Positions 24,545 to 34,905 are shown, counted from the stretch's first letter. The stretch: DNA of 39,672 nt from Blastocatellia bacterium (GCA_041483295.1 JBGPFL010000001.1:1-39672); one strand, 5' to 3'. Notes: a model not told the origin generated them from the letters alone. Program-made: numbers and translations.

Positions 24545-26548
24545 ATGAAAGGGTCTCGTTCCAATCTGTTGCTTCCCCCTTCGAAGGACCGCCGTAGTTC
24601 CTTCCGGGTCCTCTTTGCGGGCTTCGCCTTCTTCTTTCTTGCAGTTCAATCGCCGCCAGCCGCACCGCTGCGGGCCGGGCAAGCCGGGAGAGACTCAGGT
24701 AAGAGCGCCTTCGAGGGTCAAAGGGGACCAGGAGAGAAAGTGGTCTACCAGGGAATCGAGGTCGGCTTCGAAATCGAACATGTCGATACAGAGGAAAAGA
24801 AGAAGAAGGGCTCTTTTGTCGAGGGTGAGGACGTCGCGGTCCGATTTACGATCACCGATGCGCGCTCAAAGGCACCGTTGACCGGCAGTGCTCCGCTTGC
24901 GTGGATGGATCCCGTGGGTCAGATTCCTTTGGCAGACTGCGCTAAGAAGGTGGCGGGCTTCGTCAACGGGGGGCTCCTATCGAGGCCGGCGATCGATCTA
25001 AACGCCTACTATGTCCTCGCTCTAAACGAAGACTCGACCATCTCCGTCGTAGACCCACATTTTGAGTTTGGCGGCACGAAGTTGCTTGCCCTGGTGGCTC
25101 TCGATAGTCAGGGTGACGACTGGAGGCTTACATCCGATCAATCGAGACTATTCGTTTCGATGCCGGATTCAAACGCTGTTGCGGTTGTGGACACCACAAC
25201 CTGGAAGAAAATAGCCGGCATCGCTCTAGGCCGCAGACCGACCCGTCTTGCAATCCAACCGGATCAACATTATTTGTGGGTGGCCTATGGCGACCCAAAG
25301 ACGAAGGAGGATTCAGGCGTAATCGCCATAAGCGCTAAGGGACTGGTGGTGTCGGCGCGAATACCGACCGGAAGCGGCCCGCACGAACTTGCCTTTAGTA
25401 ATGATAATCGTTTCGTATTCGTCACCAACGGTCAGGAAGGAACGGTCTCTGTAATTGATGTGCGAAGCCTGAAAAAGATAAAAGACCTCAAGACGGGTCG
25501 ACAGCCAACTTCGATCGCCTTTTCAAGTCTCAGCAAGCTGACCTATGTCGTAGATGAGAGCGATGGAACAATCGTCGCGATCGACAGCGTTAAGCATCAG
25601 ATTGTCGCAACCAGGCAAGTTCAACCAGGACTTTGCCAAATAAGATTCGCTCCCGGCGAGCTCCATGGTTTCGTGACCAATCCGCGAAAGAACGTCGTTT
25701 ACGTAGTCGACGCGTCCAACAACCAGGTGGTTCAATCGGTGGACATACCGGATGAGCCTGACCAGATCACTTTCTCCAGTGCTTTCGCCTACGTACGGCG
25801 GCGAGGCAGCGAGACGGTGCTCTTGATTCCACTGGACCTGATAGGAAAAACGGACAAACCGATTTCAATGATGGATTTTCCTGCCGGACAGAGACCTCTT
25901 GGCAAGGTGTCCAAACCAAGCCCGGCAGAGAGCATAGTCCAGGCGCCCGACAACAAGGCGGTTCTAGTGGCCAATCCCGCAGACAAAACCATCTACTACT
26001 ATATGGAGGGCATGGCGGCTCCTAAGGGAAGCTTCGGCAACTACAGCCGAGAACCGAGAGCCGTGCTGGTAGTGGAACGTAGCTTTAAGGAGAAGTCTCC
26101 CGGCGTCTATGAAACAACGGCAAGACTGGCTCAGCCAGGGATGCACTACGTCGCGTTCTTCCTGGATTCTCCTCGAATTACACATTGCTTTCGCGTTTGG
26201 ATCGATCCGGACCCGGCGAAGTTACAGCAGAGAGAAGCACCGATTAATGTCGAACCGTTAATCGAACGTCGAGTCCTTCGCGTCGGCGAGACGGCTCGCC
26301 TGCGTTTCAGGCTTACCAACGTCAGGACTGGCGCGCCCAGGACGGGACTGGACGATGTTCGCGCACTTACGTTCCTCGCCCCCGGAACCTGGCATCAACG
26401 GTTCCCCGCAAAGGAAATAGGCGATGGCGTTTATGAAATTGAGTTCGCCCCGCCACAATCCGGGGTCTACTACGTCTACTTGGAATCGGCATCGGCGGGA
26501 CTCAAGGTCAACAATCCCCAATACGTGGTGCTTGAAGCCACCAACTAG
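24545..26548 (+). CDS. secreted YVTN-family beta-propeller repeat protein with flanking FixH/Ig-like domains
   Basis: AGGAG upstream and an N-terminal hydrophobic signal. YVTN-type repeats are present (TGSGPHELAFSNDNRFVFVTNGQEGTVSVIDV, TGRQPTSIAFS...YVVDESDGTIVAID, FVTNPRKNVVYVVD). The N- and C-terminal beta-sandwich-like segments are FixH/YtkA-like. Confidence 0.8.
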   Translation: MKGSRSNLLLPPSKDRRSSFRVLFAGFAFFFLAVQSPPAAPLRAGQAGRDSGKSAFEGQRGPGEKVVYQGIEVGFEIEHVDTEEKKKKGSFVEGEDVAVRFTITDARSKAPLTGSAPLAWMDPVGQIPLADCAKKVAGFVNGGLLSRPAIDLNAYYVLALNEDSTISVVDPHFEFGGTKLLALVALDSQGDDWRLTSDQSRLFVSMPDSNAVAVVDTTTWKKIAGIALGRRPTRLAIQPDQHYLWVAYGDPKTKEDSGVIAISAKGLVVSARIPTGSGPHELAFSNDNRFVFVTNGQEGTVSVIDVRSLKKIKDLKTGRQPTSIAFSSLSKLTYVVDESDGTIVAIDSVKHQIVATRQVQPGLCQIRFAPGELHGFVTNPRKNVVYVVDASNNQVVQSVDIPDEPDQITFSSAFAYVRRRGSETVLLIPLDLIGKTDKPISMMDFPAGQRPLGKVSKPSPAESIVQAPDNKAVLVANPADKTIYYYMEGMAAPKGSFGNYSREPRAVLVVERSFKEKSPGVYETTARLAQPGMHYVAFFLDSPRITHCFRVWIDPDPAKLQQREAPINVEPLIERRVLRVGETARLRFRLTNVRTGAPRTGLDDVRALTFLAPGTWHQRFPAKEIGDGVYEIEFAPPQSGVYYVYLESASAGLKVNNPQYVVLEATN

Positions 26549-26629
26549 CCGTGTCCTATCAACCCCAACGGAGCGGCAAATACTTACGCTTGCCCTCACC
26601 CAAAAATATGTTAATTTAGGAGCATGACC

Positions 26630-27163
26630 ATGAACATCAATCGCCGTTTAGCCTGGAATGGCTGGATCGTGGCCGTATTTTTCGCCGCGGCCGTAGTCGT
26701 TGGGCAGCCCGATCGCGCAGTCGCCCAGAACACCGTGGGAGGGCACTTCGGGGTCGCATTCCCTCTTGTCACTCGCGCTGACGGTAAGACAACCAACCTT
26801 GGTGACAACTTCACCACCGCTTTTCCGATGGGCATCACCATCAAGCGCCAAGGTGCGAGAATGGCTTTCGACCTGGAGCTTGTCCCAGCAATTCAGGACA
26901 GCCCTAGAAAGGTCAACCTCACCGTTCATCCCGGAGTGATCTGGCACCTCAGTGGGCCCTGGGCGGGTGGGATCAGAGCCGCCTTTGACGTGAATCAGCC
27001 GTCGTGGGGATTCACACCTCTGCTTGCCCGGGAGTTTCCGATCACTGGACACAACTTCAAGCTTTTCGCTGAAGTCGATGTCCCGGTTAGGTTCCAGAAG
27101 CCATCAATCGGCCATAACGTGACCGCGGTGACCCTTGCAATTCACCTTGGGACGGCGTTTTAG
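26630..27163 (+). CDS. small signal-peptide protein, possible 8-stranded outer-membrane beta-barrel
   Basis: Signal peptide ending AVAQ, alternating hydrophobic pattern, C-terminal ...LGTAF (terminal Phe). AGGAG is 7 nt before ATG 26630. The ORF track starts at 26624. Confidence 0.45.
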   Translation: MNINRRLAWNGWIVAVFFAAAVVVGQPDRAVAQNTVGGHFGVAFPLVTRADGKTTNLGDNFTTAFPMGITIKRQGARMAFDLELVPAIQDSPRKVNLTVHPGVIWHLSGPWAGGIRAAFDVNQPSWGFTPLLAREFPITGHNFKLFAEVDVPVRFQKPSIGHNVTAVTLAIHLGTAF

Positions 27164-27614
27164 CTCGCCAAGCCGCGCTCAAACAGGCGGGCAGGATCGG
27201 CGAGAGCGCTAAGATGGAAGGGCGCGGGGAAGATGTGTGCCCTTCTGCGCCTCGCCCTAAAAGACCCGTGTAAATGGTCCGCCCCAACGGAAGGGCTGGA
27301 ACTTCTGTATTCCGGCGCGAAATCTTTATTATTGACTTCCTCGCATAAGGCCTTATTCTTCACACTTGAGCCCAGGGTTCGGGCTACCGCATTGGAGGCT
27401 TACGCTTATTACGATCAGATCCTGAAAGCCGTCATTCCCCTTCGAATACAGCCTGTGCACAAGGTTTTTTAGCAAAAGAGACGGCCGCCTGAAAAGATTC
27501 AAGAGACACCCCAAACTCCTAAGCCCCTATTTAGGTTAACCACAGTGGCCGCTCGGCCTTTCTTAGCCCCCCGGTATCGGTCAACAAAGTTCAGTTCGCG
27601 GCAGGAGAGCAACT

Positions 27615-28175
27615 ATGAAGAAGGTTGGTTTCGTTCTGGGAGTCGTTCTACTCCTCTGCGTCTCTCACGCACTTGGAGGGGACATCAAGGGCAAGGCAGG
27701 CGGAAAGCCAGGAGCCGCAGTTGTCGTATGGGTCGAAGGCATTAGGAGATTTCAGGTTCCGCACAACCGACCGAGCATCTCGCAGATGGGCACCAAGTTC
27801 TCGCCGGCCCTCCTGGTAGTCGTCGTCGGACAGACTGTCGAGATGCCTAATGACGACAATGTGGCGCACAACATCTTCTCTTATTCGCCGGCTAAGCAGT
27901 TCAACCTCGGAATCTACCCAAAAGGCGAGTCCCGCACGGTGACCTTTACAAAACCGGGTGTGGTCGATCTGTTCTGCTCAATTCACCGCCGCATGAACGG
28001 AAAGCTCATCGTAGTGCCCAATCCATACTTCAACCAGACTAGCGGCGGCGATTCATACCGGATCGCTTCGGTTCCTGCTGGCAGGTATGTTGTGAAGATG
28101 TGGACCGAGGGGCTGGGTGAGCTGTCCAAGGTTGTCACCGTTCCGGCCAAGGGAGAAGTAACGCTGGACTTTTAG
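27615..28175 (+). CDS. cupredoxin-like protein fused to a carboxypeptidase-regulatory-like domain
   Basis: Signal peptide; possible type-1-Cu-like ligand set (AHNIF ... FCSIHRRMNG, i.e. H...C-x2-H-x2-M); a C-terminal YRIASVPAGRYVVKMW beta-sandwich. AGGAG lies 7 nt upstream. Confidence 0.65.
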   Translation: MKKVGFVLGVVLLLCVSHALGGDIKGKAGGKPGAAVVVWVEGIRRFQVPHNRPSISQMGTKFSPALLVVVVGQTVEMPNDDNVAHNIFSYSPAKQFNLGIYPKGESRTVTFTKPGVVDLFCSIHRRMNGKLIVVPNPYFNQTSGGDSYRIASVPAGRYVVKMWTEGLGELSKVVTVPAKGEVTLDF

Positions 28176-28332
28176 TTGTTATTCAAACCTAACACATCTG
28201 ATTTGCATTCTGTGAGATGTTAGCGCACTTGCATGCCGCGCTCTAGGCACTGGATATCCAAGGGCTCAGCCCTTAGCCTCGGCAGTAACTGCAAGCAGTG
28301 CGCAGTCCGAACCAAAAGGAAGGGTACGACCA

Positions 28333-29442
28333 ATGCCATACGAGACAAATAGAAACGCGCAGAAACAGATACTGGCCGTTTCGGCATTTACGATATTGAT
28401 AGCCATAGCGATGGTGAGCGGCCCCGCGTTAGGTGCGCGTGGTGACGCGCGCGATCTGCCTCATCCGCCCGGGAATGCCATCACGACAAAGATCCTCGAC
28501 GGGATGAGAGTCTTGCCGGGCGACCTTGCGCCGTTGCCGCCGCTCGGGGTGAGCAGCGCGCAGGAGCAGGCACAAATCGAGCTGGGCAAGATGCTCTTCT
28601 TCGACAGCCGGCTGTCACGCGACCGCTCGATGAGCTGCGCGACCTGTCACGATCCTGCGAAAGGATTCGGCGATGGCCGCGCGCTTGCCGTCGGATTCGG
28701 CGGAAAGGTGCTTGCCCGCCATTCTCCAACCGTGCTCAACGCAGCTTACAACTCGTCTCAGTTCTGGGACGGACGCGCGGCTAGTCTGGAGGAGCAGGCA
28801 GCCGGCCCGATTATGGCGGCCGCCGAGATGAACATGGCCAGCGAACAAGATGTGGTGGCGCGGCTCAACCTGGCGTCGGCTTACACCGAGCGCTTCCGCG
28901 CCACATTCGGCGAAGCTCCGAACCTGAAGAACATCGCGAAGTCTATCGCTTCATTCGAGCGTACGCTAGTGACGCCGGATTCGCGCTTTGATCGCTATCT
29001 CAGTGGCGACAAGTCCGCTTTGACCGAGCAAGAAAAGCGCGGGTTGATACTGTTCATCGGCAAGGCCTCGTGTTCCGCCTGCCACAACGGGAACAACCTG
29101 GCCGACAGTAAGTTTCACGTGCTCGGCAGCACGCCAAACCAGAAAGAGGATGTCGGCCGTTATGCCGTTAGCAAAGACGAGAAAGACCGCGGCGCCTTCA
29201 AGACACCCACGCTGCGCAACGTCGAGCTTACCGCACCCTACACACACAACGGCGTGCTCAAGAGTCTCGATGAAGTCATCGAGTTCTATAACGAAGGCGG
29301 AGGCGAGGCTAGGAACAAGTCTGACTTGATTTTGAAGCTTGAGCTGACAAAGCAGGAGAAGGCCGACCTGATCGCTTTCCTGAAGTCGCTTACCGGCAGA
29401 CAGCCGCAGGTTGAGATACCGCAGCTCCCGAGCGACAACTGA
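28333..29442 (+). CDS. di-heme cytochrome c peroxidase (CCP/MauG family)
   Basis: Two CxxCH motifs (CATCH at nt 28636-28650; CSACH further on), GKMLFFDSRLS, FWDGRA, FKTPTLRNV...PYTHNG. Confidence 0.9.
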   Translation: MPYETNRNAQKQILAVSAFTILIAIAMVSGPALGARGDARDLPHPPGNAITTKILDGMRVLPGDLAPLPPLGVSSAQEQAQIELGKMLFFDSRLSRDRSMSCATCHDPAKGFGDGRALAVGFGGKVLARHSPTVLNAAYNSSQFWDGRAASLEEQAAGPIMAAAEMNMASEQDVVARLNLASAYTERFRATFGEAPNLKNIAKSIASFERTLVTPDSRFDRYLSGDKSALTEQEKRGLILFIGKASCSACHNGNNLADSKFHVLGSTPNQKEDVGRYAVSKDEKDRGAFKTPTLRNVELTAPYTHNGVLKSLDEVIEFYNEGGGEARNKSDLILKLELTKQEKADLIAFLKSLTGRQPQVEIPQLPSDN

Positions 29443-29516
29443 AAGCCTAGGGTTCAGCTCTTCGGGTTACTACATCGTGAATCGGCGAGCTGAGACTGAA
29501 CAGAAAGGGGGAAGGA

Positions 29517-30038
29517 ATGATTTCAGACACCAGGAGCAGAACCGCTCGACTTGTTCAAGCTGCAGCGATTCTGTCCGTACTGCTTGTTGCGGCCTTTGCG
29601 CAGACTCACGCGCGGGTGAAGCGGTCTGCCCCGCCTTCGAAAGAGTTCGCGAGCCTCTCTCAACTGATGAAGGATGGAATTCACGAGCAATTTACCCTTC
29701 TCTCGTTCACGATCTGGCACGACAGCCCCATGACTGAAGAGAAGTTGAATTCAGTAGCAAGGTCAGCATCCCACCTCCAGGAGCTTGCCGTGCGCATCCC
29801 GGCCTTCAAAACAAGTTACTTCCGTAAGTACCCCGGAGAGGACCTGGCGCTGGTCGACGCAGACTCTGCTGAAATGGAAACCCTCGCCCGCTCAATCTCT
29901 CGAGCGGCCGCCAATGGAGATGAAAAGAGTCTTGAGCCGCTCCTCACCCAGCTCGAGGCCAACTGCAACAGCTGTCACTTAAAGTTCAGACAGGAGCTGT
30001 CCAGCCAGTATGTGGAGCCGACTCAATTTAAGAAATAA
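29517..30038 (+). CDS. cytochrome c'-like (class II, four-helix-bundle) heme protein
   Basis: Signal peptide, a predicted helical body, and a single C-terminal [11 protein letters not shown], matching the class II CxxCHxx[FY]R placement. Confidence 0.65.
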   Translation: MISDTRSRTARLVQAAAILSVLLVAAFAQTHARVKRSAPPSKEFASLSQLMKDGIHEQFTLLSFTIWHDSPMTEEKLNSVARSASHLQELAVRIPAFKTSYFRKYPGEDLALVDADSAEMETLARSISRAAANGDEKSLEPLLTQLEANCNSCHLKFRQELSSQYVEPTQFKK

Positions 30039-33000
30039 AGCGCTTGCCAGCATCGTTGGCCTGGTTGCCATCCTCACCCTGTTGGTGCTCGTCGTGATTC
30101 AGTTGGCGGTGCGCGGCCAGGCGGCCCGCACGCTGCAAGAGGAACAGGGACGCGCAAGCCGGGCTATCCAGCAACACCTGTCCGATCGCTATCGCGAGCT
30201 GGAACGCGGCATAGGAGCGCTGGCCGAAGCGCCCGACTTCAAAGCGCTTTCCACCGCCAGCGGAGTCGATCACGACACGCTGATGGGCAGTCTTGGCGAT
30301 TTTCAGAATGTAATTGGCACCAACCTGCTGATCATGCTTGACAAGCGAGGCCACGCGCGCGCGCGCACGGATCAACCACAGGCAGAGGGAGAAGACCTCA
30401 CTGAGATCTCCATCGTACGGGACGGACTCGAAAGCAAGAGCAGCCGGGAGGTGTACACCTTCGGCGGGCAGATCTTCCTGGTCTACTCGCACCCGCTGCA
30501 AGTGAATGGTCAACTCGAGGGCTGCATAGTCGCGGGTCTCGTGCTCGACTCCGATTCGATTCAACCGCTCAAAGGGATTCTGCACCGCGACGTGATGCTG
30601 CTAAATCAGGAGAAGGTGATTGCTACCACTCTTTCGGCTGACACGGCCAGCATGTTGAAGGTCGAACTGGACAGCAACCGCAGCCGGCTGATGAAGCTCG
30701 CAACGTCGGGCGAAAGCGCCGACGAGGTCCGCCACGACAGTTGGGGCGTGCCCATCGGCAAAGAAGATTTCCTCGCCGTAGGGAGCGGCGTTTTCATCGC
30801 AAATGCCACGGCCGCATCCGGGTTGGTGTTTATCGCATTCACTCCCGAAAGCGCGGTATACGGTTTCTACTACACTATGCGGTGGGTGCTGCTGACGCTT
30901 GCCGTGGTGACGATGGCCGGAGCGGTGGGCGCCAGCCGGTTTTTCCTCAAGGGCATCACCGATCCGATCGAAAAGCTTGCGGCATCGATGCGAAAGGCGG
31001 CTGGCGGTGACATTTCCGACCGAATAGAGTTCGATGCGCGCCAGGACGAGATTGGCCAGTTGAGCCGCTCCGCCAACGAACTCTTCTCTTATCTGAAAGA
31101 CATGGCCGCTCTGGCCGATGCCATAAGCACCGGCAAGCAAATGGGGCAAGTTGCGCCGCGCTCTTCGGGCGACCTCTTCGGCAATGCGTTCCTTGCGTGG
31201 GAAAGGGTGACTGCTCTGCAGGCGGCCGAAGCTGCTAATCGCGCAAAGAGCGAGTTCCTCGCCAACATGAGTCATGAGATTCGCACGCCTCTGAATGGGA
31301 TCATAGGAATGACCGACCTCGCACTCGACACCGGCCTGAACCGGGAGCAACGGGAGTATCTGAGCATGGTCAAGACATCGGGCGAGTCGTTGTTGATCAT
31401 CATTAACGACATACTCGACTTTTCCAAGATCGAAGCCGGCAAGCTTCAACTTGACCCGGTCGACTTCAGCGTGCGGGAGATCCTGAACACCACCATTAAG
31501 TCGATGGCGGTGCGCGCCGACCAGAAAGAGGTCGAGCTGGCTTGCGACATCGCCTTCGATGTGCCCGGCGTACTGTTTGGAGACCCTTTTCGCCTCAGGC
31601 AGATCCTTACAAACCTGGTGGGCAACGCCATAAAGTTCACCGATGAGGGCGAGGTAGTGACCACCGTCCAACTTGAATCCAGAGGAGATCAAGACGTTTG
31701 CTTGCACTTCGCCGTTTCGGATACCGGCTGCGGCATTTCACCGGACAAACAGGGGCTGATATTTGAGCCCTTCGAGCAGGCCGATACTTCCACTACGCGC
31801 AAGTACGGAGGGACCGGACTGGGTCTGGCTATCTCGGCTAAGTTCGTCGAGATGATGGGCGGCCGGATATGGGTGGAAAGCGAGACAGGCAAAGGAAGCA
31901 CTTTCCACTTCACGGCCACGTTTGGCTTGCAGAAGGAATCGAGTGTGTTGGAACCCGAATCAGCAGCGCTCATCAACGCTGTGGGACTTTCGGTGTTGGT
32001 CGTAGACGACAATGCAACGAACCGCCGCATACTTAAAGATATGCTGACCAACTGGCATATGAATGCCACTGTTGTAGAGAGCGGCGAAGCGGCTCTTGAC
32101 TCATTGAGAAAGACCAAAGCGGCGGGTGAACCTTTGCCGCTCGTGCTGCTTGACGCCTATATGCCTGGGATGGACGGCTTCGCTGTAGCGGAGCAGATAA
32201 AGAACACACCCGAGCTTGCGTCGTCTACGCTCGTGATGTTGACCTCCAGCCGGCAGAGCGGTGATGCCGCTCGATGCCGCGAACTGGGGTTGGCGGGCTA
32301 CCTGACGAAGCCCTTTTCGCAATCGAATCTTCTCGACACTATTGTCACCGCCCTGGGTCCCTCGCCCTTCGACGGTAGCGGGCGCGCAACAGTTGGTACC
32401 CCCGTCGAAAAAGAAGGCCAGCGGCCTCTCCGGATTCTTCTGGCAGAAGACAACATGGTGAATCAACAGCTAGCCATCAGAATACTCGAGAAGCAAGGAC
32501 ACTCAGTTGTTGTCGCCAACAACGGGAGGCAAGCCGTAGAAAGGTTCGACGCCGATTTCTTTCAGCTCGTCTTAATGGACGTGCACATGCCTGAAATGAA
32601 CGGCTTCGAAGCAACTGCAGCAATCCGCCAGATGGAGCAGGTTACCAACAGCCGCGTGCCAATCATCGCGATGACCGCCTATGCGATGAAGGGAGATCGG
32701 GAGCGTTGTCTGGAAGCCGGCATGGACGGGTATGTTTCGAAGCCAGTCAGCGTGGAGGAGCTGCTTCGCGTGATCGCGAGCTTTTCATCCGGTTCTGTTT
32801 CCGTTATGGAAGAACCGAGCTCGCCTGGTTCGACCCTCGCCCCGGCAACGGGCGATGACCAGGTGCTTGACCGATTGGAGTTGCTAACCTTTGCCGATGG
32901 CGATCTAGTGTTCTTGCGGAAGGTTGCGAAGGGATTCTTCGAGACCTGTCATCAAACCATGCCTGAAATTCGCAAAGCCTTAGCCTCCGGCAACCGCCAG

Positions 33001-33234
33001 CAGCTGGAAGATGCGGTTCACACTCTCAAGGGCGCGGCTGGAAATATGAGGGCCCGGGCCACGTTTGAAGCAACCCTTCGATTAGAAGAGAGCAGTCGCG
33101 CGGGCAATCTAGATGAAGCGAAAGGCCAATTGAAGGCTCTCGAATGGGAACTGGGCAGACTCGAGCGCGCGCTTATTGAATTGACCGGAGAGCCGGAACC
33201 CACACCGACCATAGAGGGGGTGCTGGTGAGCTGA
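30010..33234 (+). CDS. hybrid sensor histidine kinase (periplasmic sensor, HAMP, HisKA, HATPase_c, two REC domains, HPt)
   Basis: Two TM segments flank a ~250-aa periplasmic region. H-box [15 protein letters not shown]; N/G boxes ([28 protein letters not shown]). REC1 is [14 protein letters not shown]...[14 protein letters not shown]2 is [13 protein letters not shown]...[11 protein letters not shown], and the HPt is [10 protein letters not shown]. The ATG at 30010 overlaps the cytochrome c' gene by 29 nt. Confidence 0.95.
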   Translation: MWSRLNLRNKALASIVGLVAILTLLVLVVIQLAVRGQAARTLQEEQGRASRAIQQHLSDRYRELERGIGALAEAPDFKALSTASGVDHDTLMGSLGDFQNVIGTNLLIMLDKRGHARARTDQPQAEGEDLTEISIVRDGLESKSSREVYTFGGQIFLVYSHPLQVNGQLEGCIVAGLVLDSDSIQPLKGILHRDVMLLNQEKVIATTLSADTASMLKVELDSNRSRLMKLATSGESADEVRHDSWGVPIGKEDFLAVGSGVFIANATAASGLVFIAFTPESAVYGFYYTMRWVLLTLAVVTMAGAVGASRFFLKGITDPIEKLAASMRKAAGGDISDRIEFDARQDEIGQLSRSANELFSYLKDMAALADAISTGKQMGQVAPRSSGDLFGNAFLAWERVTALQAAEAANRAKSEFLANMSHEIRTPLNGIIGMTDLALDTGLNREQREYLSMVKTSGESLLIIINDILDFSKIEAGKLQLDPVDFSVREILNTTIKSMAVRADQKEVELACDIAFDVPGVLFGDPFRLRQILTNLVGNAIKFTDEGEVVTTVQLESRGDQDVCLHFAVSDTGCGISPDKQGLIFEPFEQADTSTTRKYGGTGLGLAISAKFVEMMGGRIWVESETGKGSTFHFTATFGLQKESSVLEPESAALINAVGLSVLVVDDNATNRRILKDMLTNWHMNATVVESGEAALDSLRKTKAAGEPLPLVLLDAYMPGMDGFAVAEQIKNTPELASSTLVMLTSSRQSGDAARCRELGLAGYLTKPFSQSNLLDTIVTALGPSPFDGSGRATVGTPVEKEGQRPLRILLAEDNMVNQQLAIRILEKQGHSVVVANNGRQAVERFDADFFQLVLMDVHMPEMNGFEATAAIRQMEQVTNSRVPIIAMTAYAMKGDRERCLEAGMDGYVSKPVSVEELLRVIASFSSGSVSVMEEPSSPGSTLAPATGDDQVLDRLELLTFADGDLVFLRKVAKGFFETCHQTMPEIRKALASGNRQQLEDAVHTLKGAAGNMRARATFEATLRLEESSRAGNLDEAKGQLKALEWELGRLERALIELTGEPEPTPTIEGVLVS

Positions 33235-33265
33235 TCCAAAGCTTTGTGCTCGATGAGGACATTAT

Positions 33266-33721
33266 ATGTTGAAACAGACGCATACGATACTCGTTGTCGA
33301 TGATGAGTCTACAAGCCTGTTGATGCTGGAGAAGGTATTGCGAACCAACTACACCGTGCTCACCGCACGATCTGGTGCAGAAGCGCTGGACGTTCTCAGG
33401 CGTGAAGAGATCTCCCTCCTTATTACTGACCAACGAATGCCGGGGATGACCGGAACCGAGTTGCTGCGCGAAAGCCAATCACTGAGACCGGGTATGGTCT
33501 CGATGCTAATTACATCCAACAATGACACCGAGACTTTCATCGACGCGATAACGAAGGCCGGCGCCCTTCGGGTGATAAACAAGCCCTGGGACGCTGCCAG
33601 TCTGCTGAGCGTTGTCGAGAGATCCCTTAAGGCGTACGAGAATTTCGTTGAGAGAAAGGGGTCCAGCGATCGTCTCAAACAGATGCAGCAAAAATTGGAC
33701 AAGATAGCGAAGCCTGTCTGA
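33266..33721 (+). CDS. single-domain response regulator (REC only)
   Basis: ILVVDDESTSLLMLEKVL...LLITDQRMPGMTGTELL...KP, with no output domain. Confidence 0.9.
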   Translation: MLKQTHTILVVDDESTSLLMLEKVLRTNYTVLTARSGAEALDVLRREEISLLITDQRMPGMTGTELLRESQSLRPGMVSMLITSNNDTETFIDAITKAGALRVINKPWDAASLLSVVERSLKAYENFVERKGSSDRLKQMQQKLDKIAKPV

Positions 33722-33741
33722 AGAAATGGCGCGCCATGGAC

Positions 33742-34905
33742 TCAAAGCTCTCGCAGCGCCTTAGTGATCGGCATGCGTGCGGCGAACCTCGAGGGCAACA
33801 ACCCGCCAAGCAATCCCATCACTGCCGCGAAGATCAGCGCCGAGGCCATCAGGTCGGGCGTTATCCGGAAACTGAATGCAAGCTCGCTAAAGGTCCGGAA
33901 GTTCATCGTGCCCGTCGCGATCCCATTCACCGGAATCGCAAGGACGCAGCCTATCACGCCGCCTATCAAAGCGATTATCACAGACTCGATGACGAAGCTT
34001 GTCATTATGCTTCCCTTTGAAAAGCCGAGCGCCCTGAGCATCCCTATCTCTCGCGTGCGGACGGCTACCGCAGCGTACATAGTGTTCATTCCGCCAAAGC
34101 AAGCGCCAAAGCCCATTACGACCGCCACGAAGATGCCTAACCCGCGGATCGGTGCGCCGGCGCTGGTCTGTTCCTCGTAGTAGACGGTTTCAGGCTTCGC
34201 CTCGAGATTCAACCGCTGCTCTGCGGCTATTCGATTCGCCAGGCTATCCCGAGTTGCTACGCTGTCAGCGCGAACCATGACCGATGAATAGTTTGTACGT
34301 TCAAATGCGTCGGCTACATCGTTGACCTCGGTCCAGATCTCCGAATCGAACGCCGATCCGCCGGCCTCGAACAGACCCACAACGGTCCAGTCGCGACGGC
34401 CAAGGCGTATGACTTCGCCCATACCCGTAGATGAAAAACGCTCCGCGATCTTACGGCTCGCGATTGCCTCGCCGATTCCTGGCCTGAACATCCGGCCCTC
34501 GACCAGCTTGATCAGGGGCCTGATTGCAAACCCTGCGTCAGAGACCCCTCTCACAGTGACGTTTGTTGCCTCCCCCGTGTCGCGACGCGGCAGATTGACC
34601 AGCACGGCTATCTCGGCCGAGGCCATCGGCTTACCCTGAGTGTCTCGCGCAATGCCAGGCAGGGTCTGAATCAATTGAAACGCCTCGCGAGTGACCTGGC
34701 TGTTCACTTCCGTCTGCGAGCTCGGCCTGATTATGACTATGTTTTCAGGCGTCCCGGTGGAGACGAGGGCAGCGTTCAACCCATTGGCCAGGGCCATAAT
34801 CGCAATGAAGACCGCCACCACCAGGGCTATCGTAAATACGGTCATGAGAGTGCTCACCCTGCGGACGACCAGGTTTCGAAGATTGTATTTCAGCGGTATT
34901 GCCAT
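33742..34905 (-). CDS. ABC transporter permease, FtsX/MacB-type
   Basis: The N-terminus (MAIPLKYNLRNLVVRRVSTLMTVFTIALVV) and the C-terminal FtsX block (REIGMLRALGFSKGSI) fit the family. The ORF is open to 34962, but ATG 34905 fits family N-termini. Confidence 0.85.
   Translation of the reverse strand: MAIPLKYNLRNLVVRRVSTLMTVFTIALVVAVFIAIMALANGLNAALVSTGTPENIVIIRPSSQTEVNSQVTREAFQLIQTLPGIARDTQGKPMASAEIAVLVNLPRRDTGEATNVTVRGVSDAGFAIRPLIKLVEGRMFRPGIGEAIASRKIAERFSSTGMGEVIRLGRRDWTVVGLFEAGGSAFDSEIWTEVNDVADAFERTNYSSVMVRADSVATRDSLANRIAAEQRLNLEAKPETVYYEEQTSAGAPIRGLGIFVAVVMGFGACFGGMNTMYAAVAVRTREIGMLRALGFSKGSIMTSFVIESVIIALIGGVIGCVLAIPVNGIATGTMNFRTFSELAFSFRITPDLMASALIFAAVMGLLGGLLPSRFAARMPITKALREL

Noticed and set aside
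27233-27472. 79-aa ORF in the 450-nt gap
   Set aside because: It has no SD, no signal peptide or motif, and a composition unlike the neighbouring genes. The region is kept as non-coding pending conservation data.
28260-28274. AAGGGC-TCA-GCCCTT hairpin after the cupredoxin gene
   Set aside because: A 6-bp stem with a 3-nt loop and no U-tract, lying 85 nt past the stop. That is insufficient for a terminator call.
30601-31707. 368-aa ORF antisense to the hybrid histidine kinase
   Set aside because: The plus strand here encodes unmistakable HAMP/HisKA/HATPase motifs. The antisense product has no motifs and a shadow-ORF composition.
33726-33737. Perfect 12-nt palindrome ATGGCGCGCCAT in the 20-nt convergent gap between the REC gene and the permease gene
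   Set aside because: It has no loop and no flanking T/A tracts, so it is too short to call a bidirectional terminator. It may be coincidental (GC-rich, contains GGCGCGCC).
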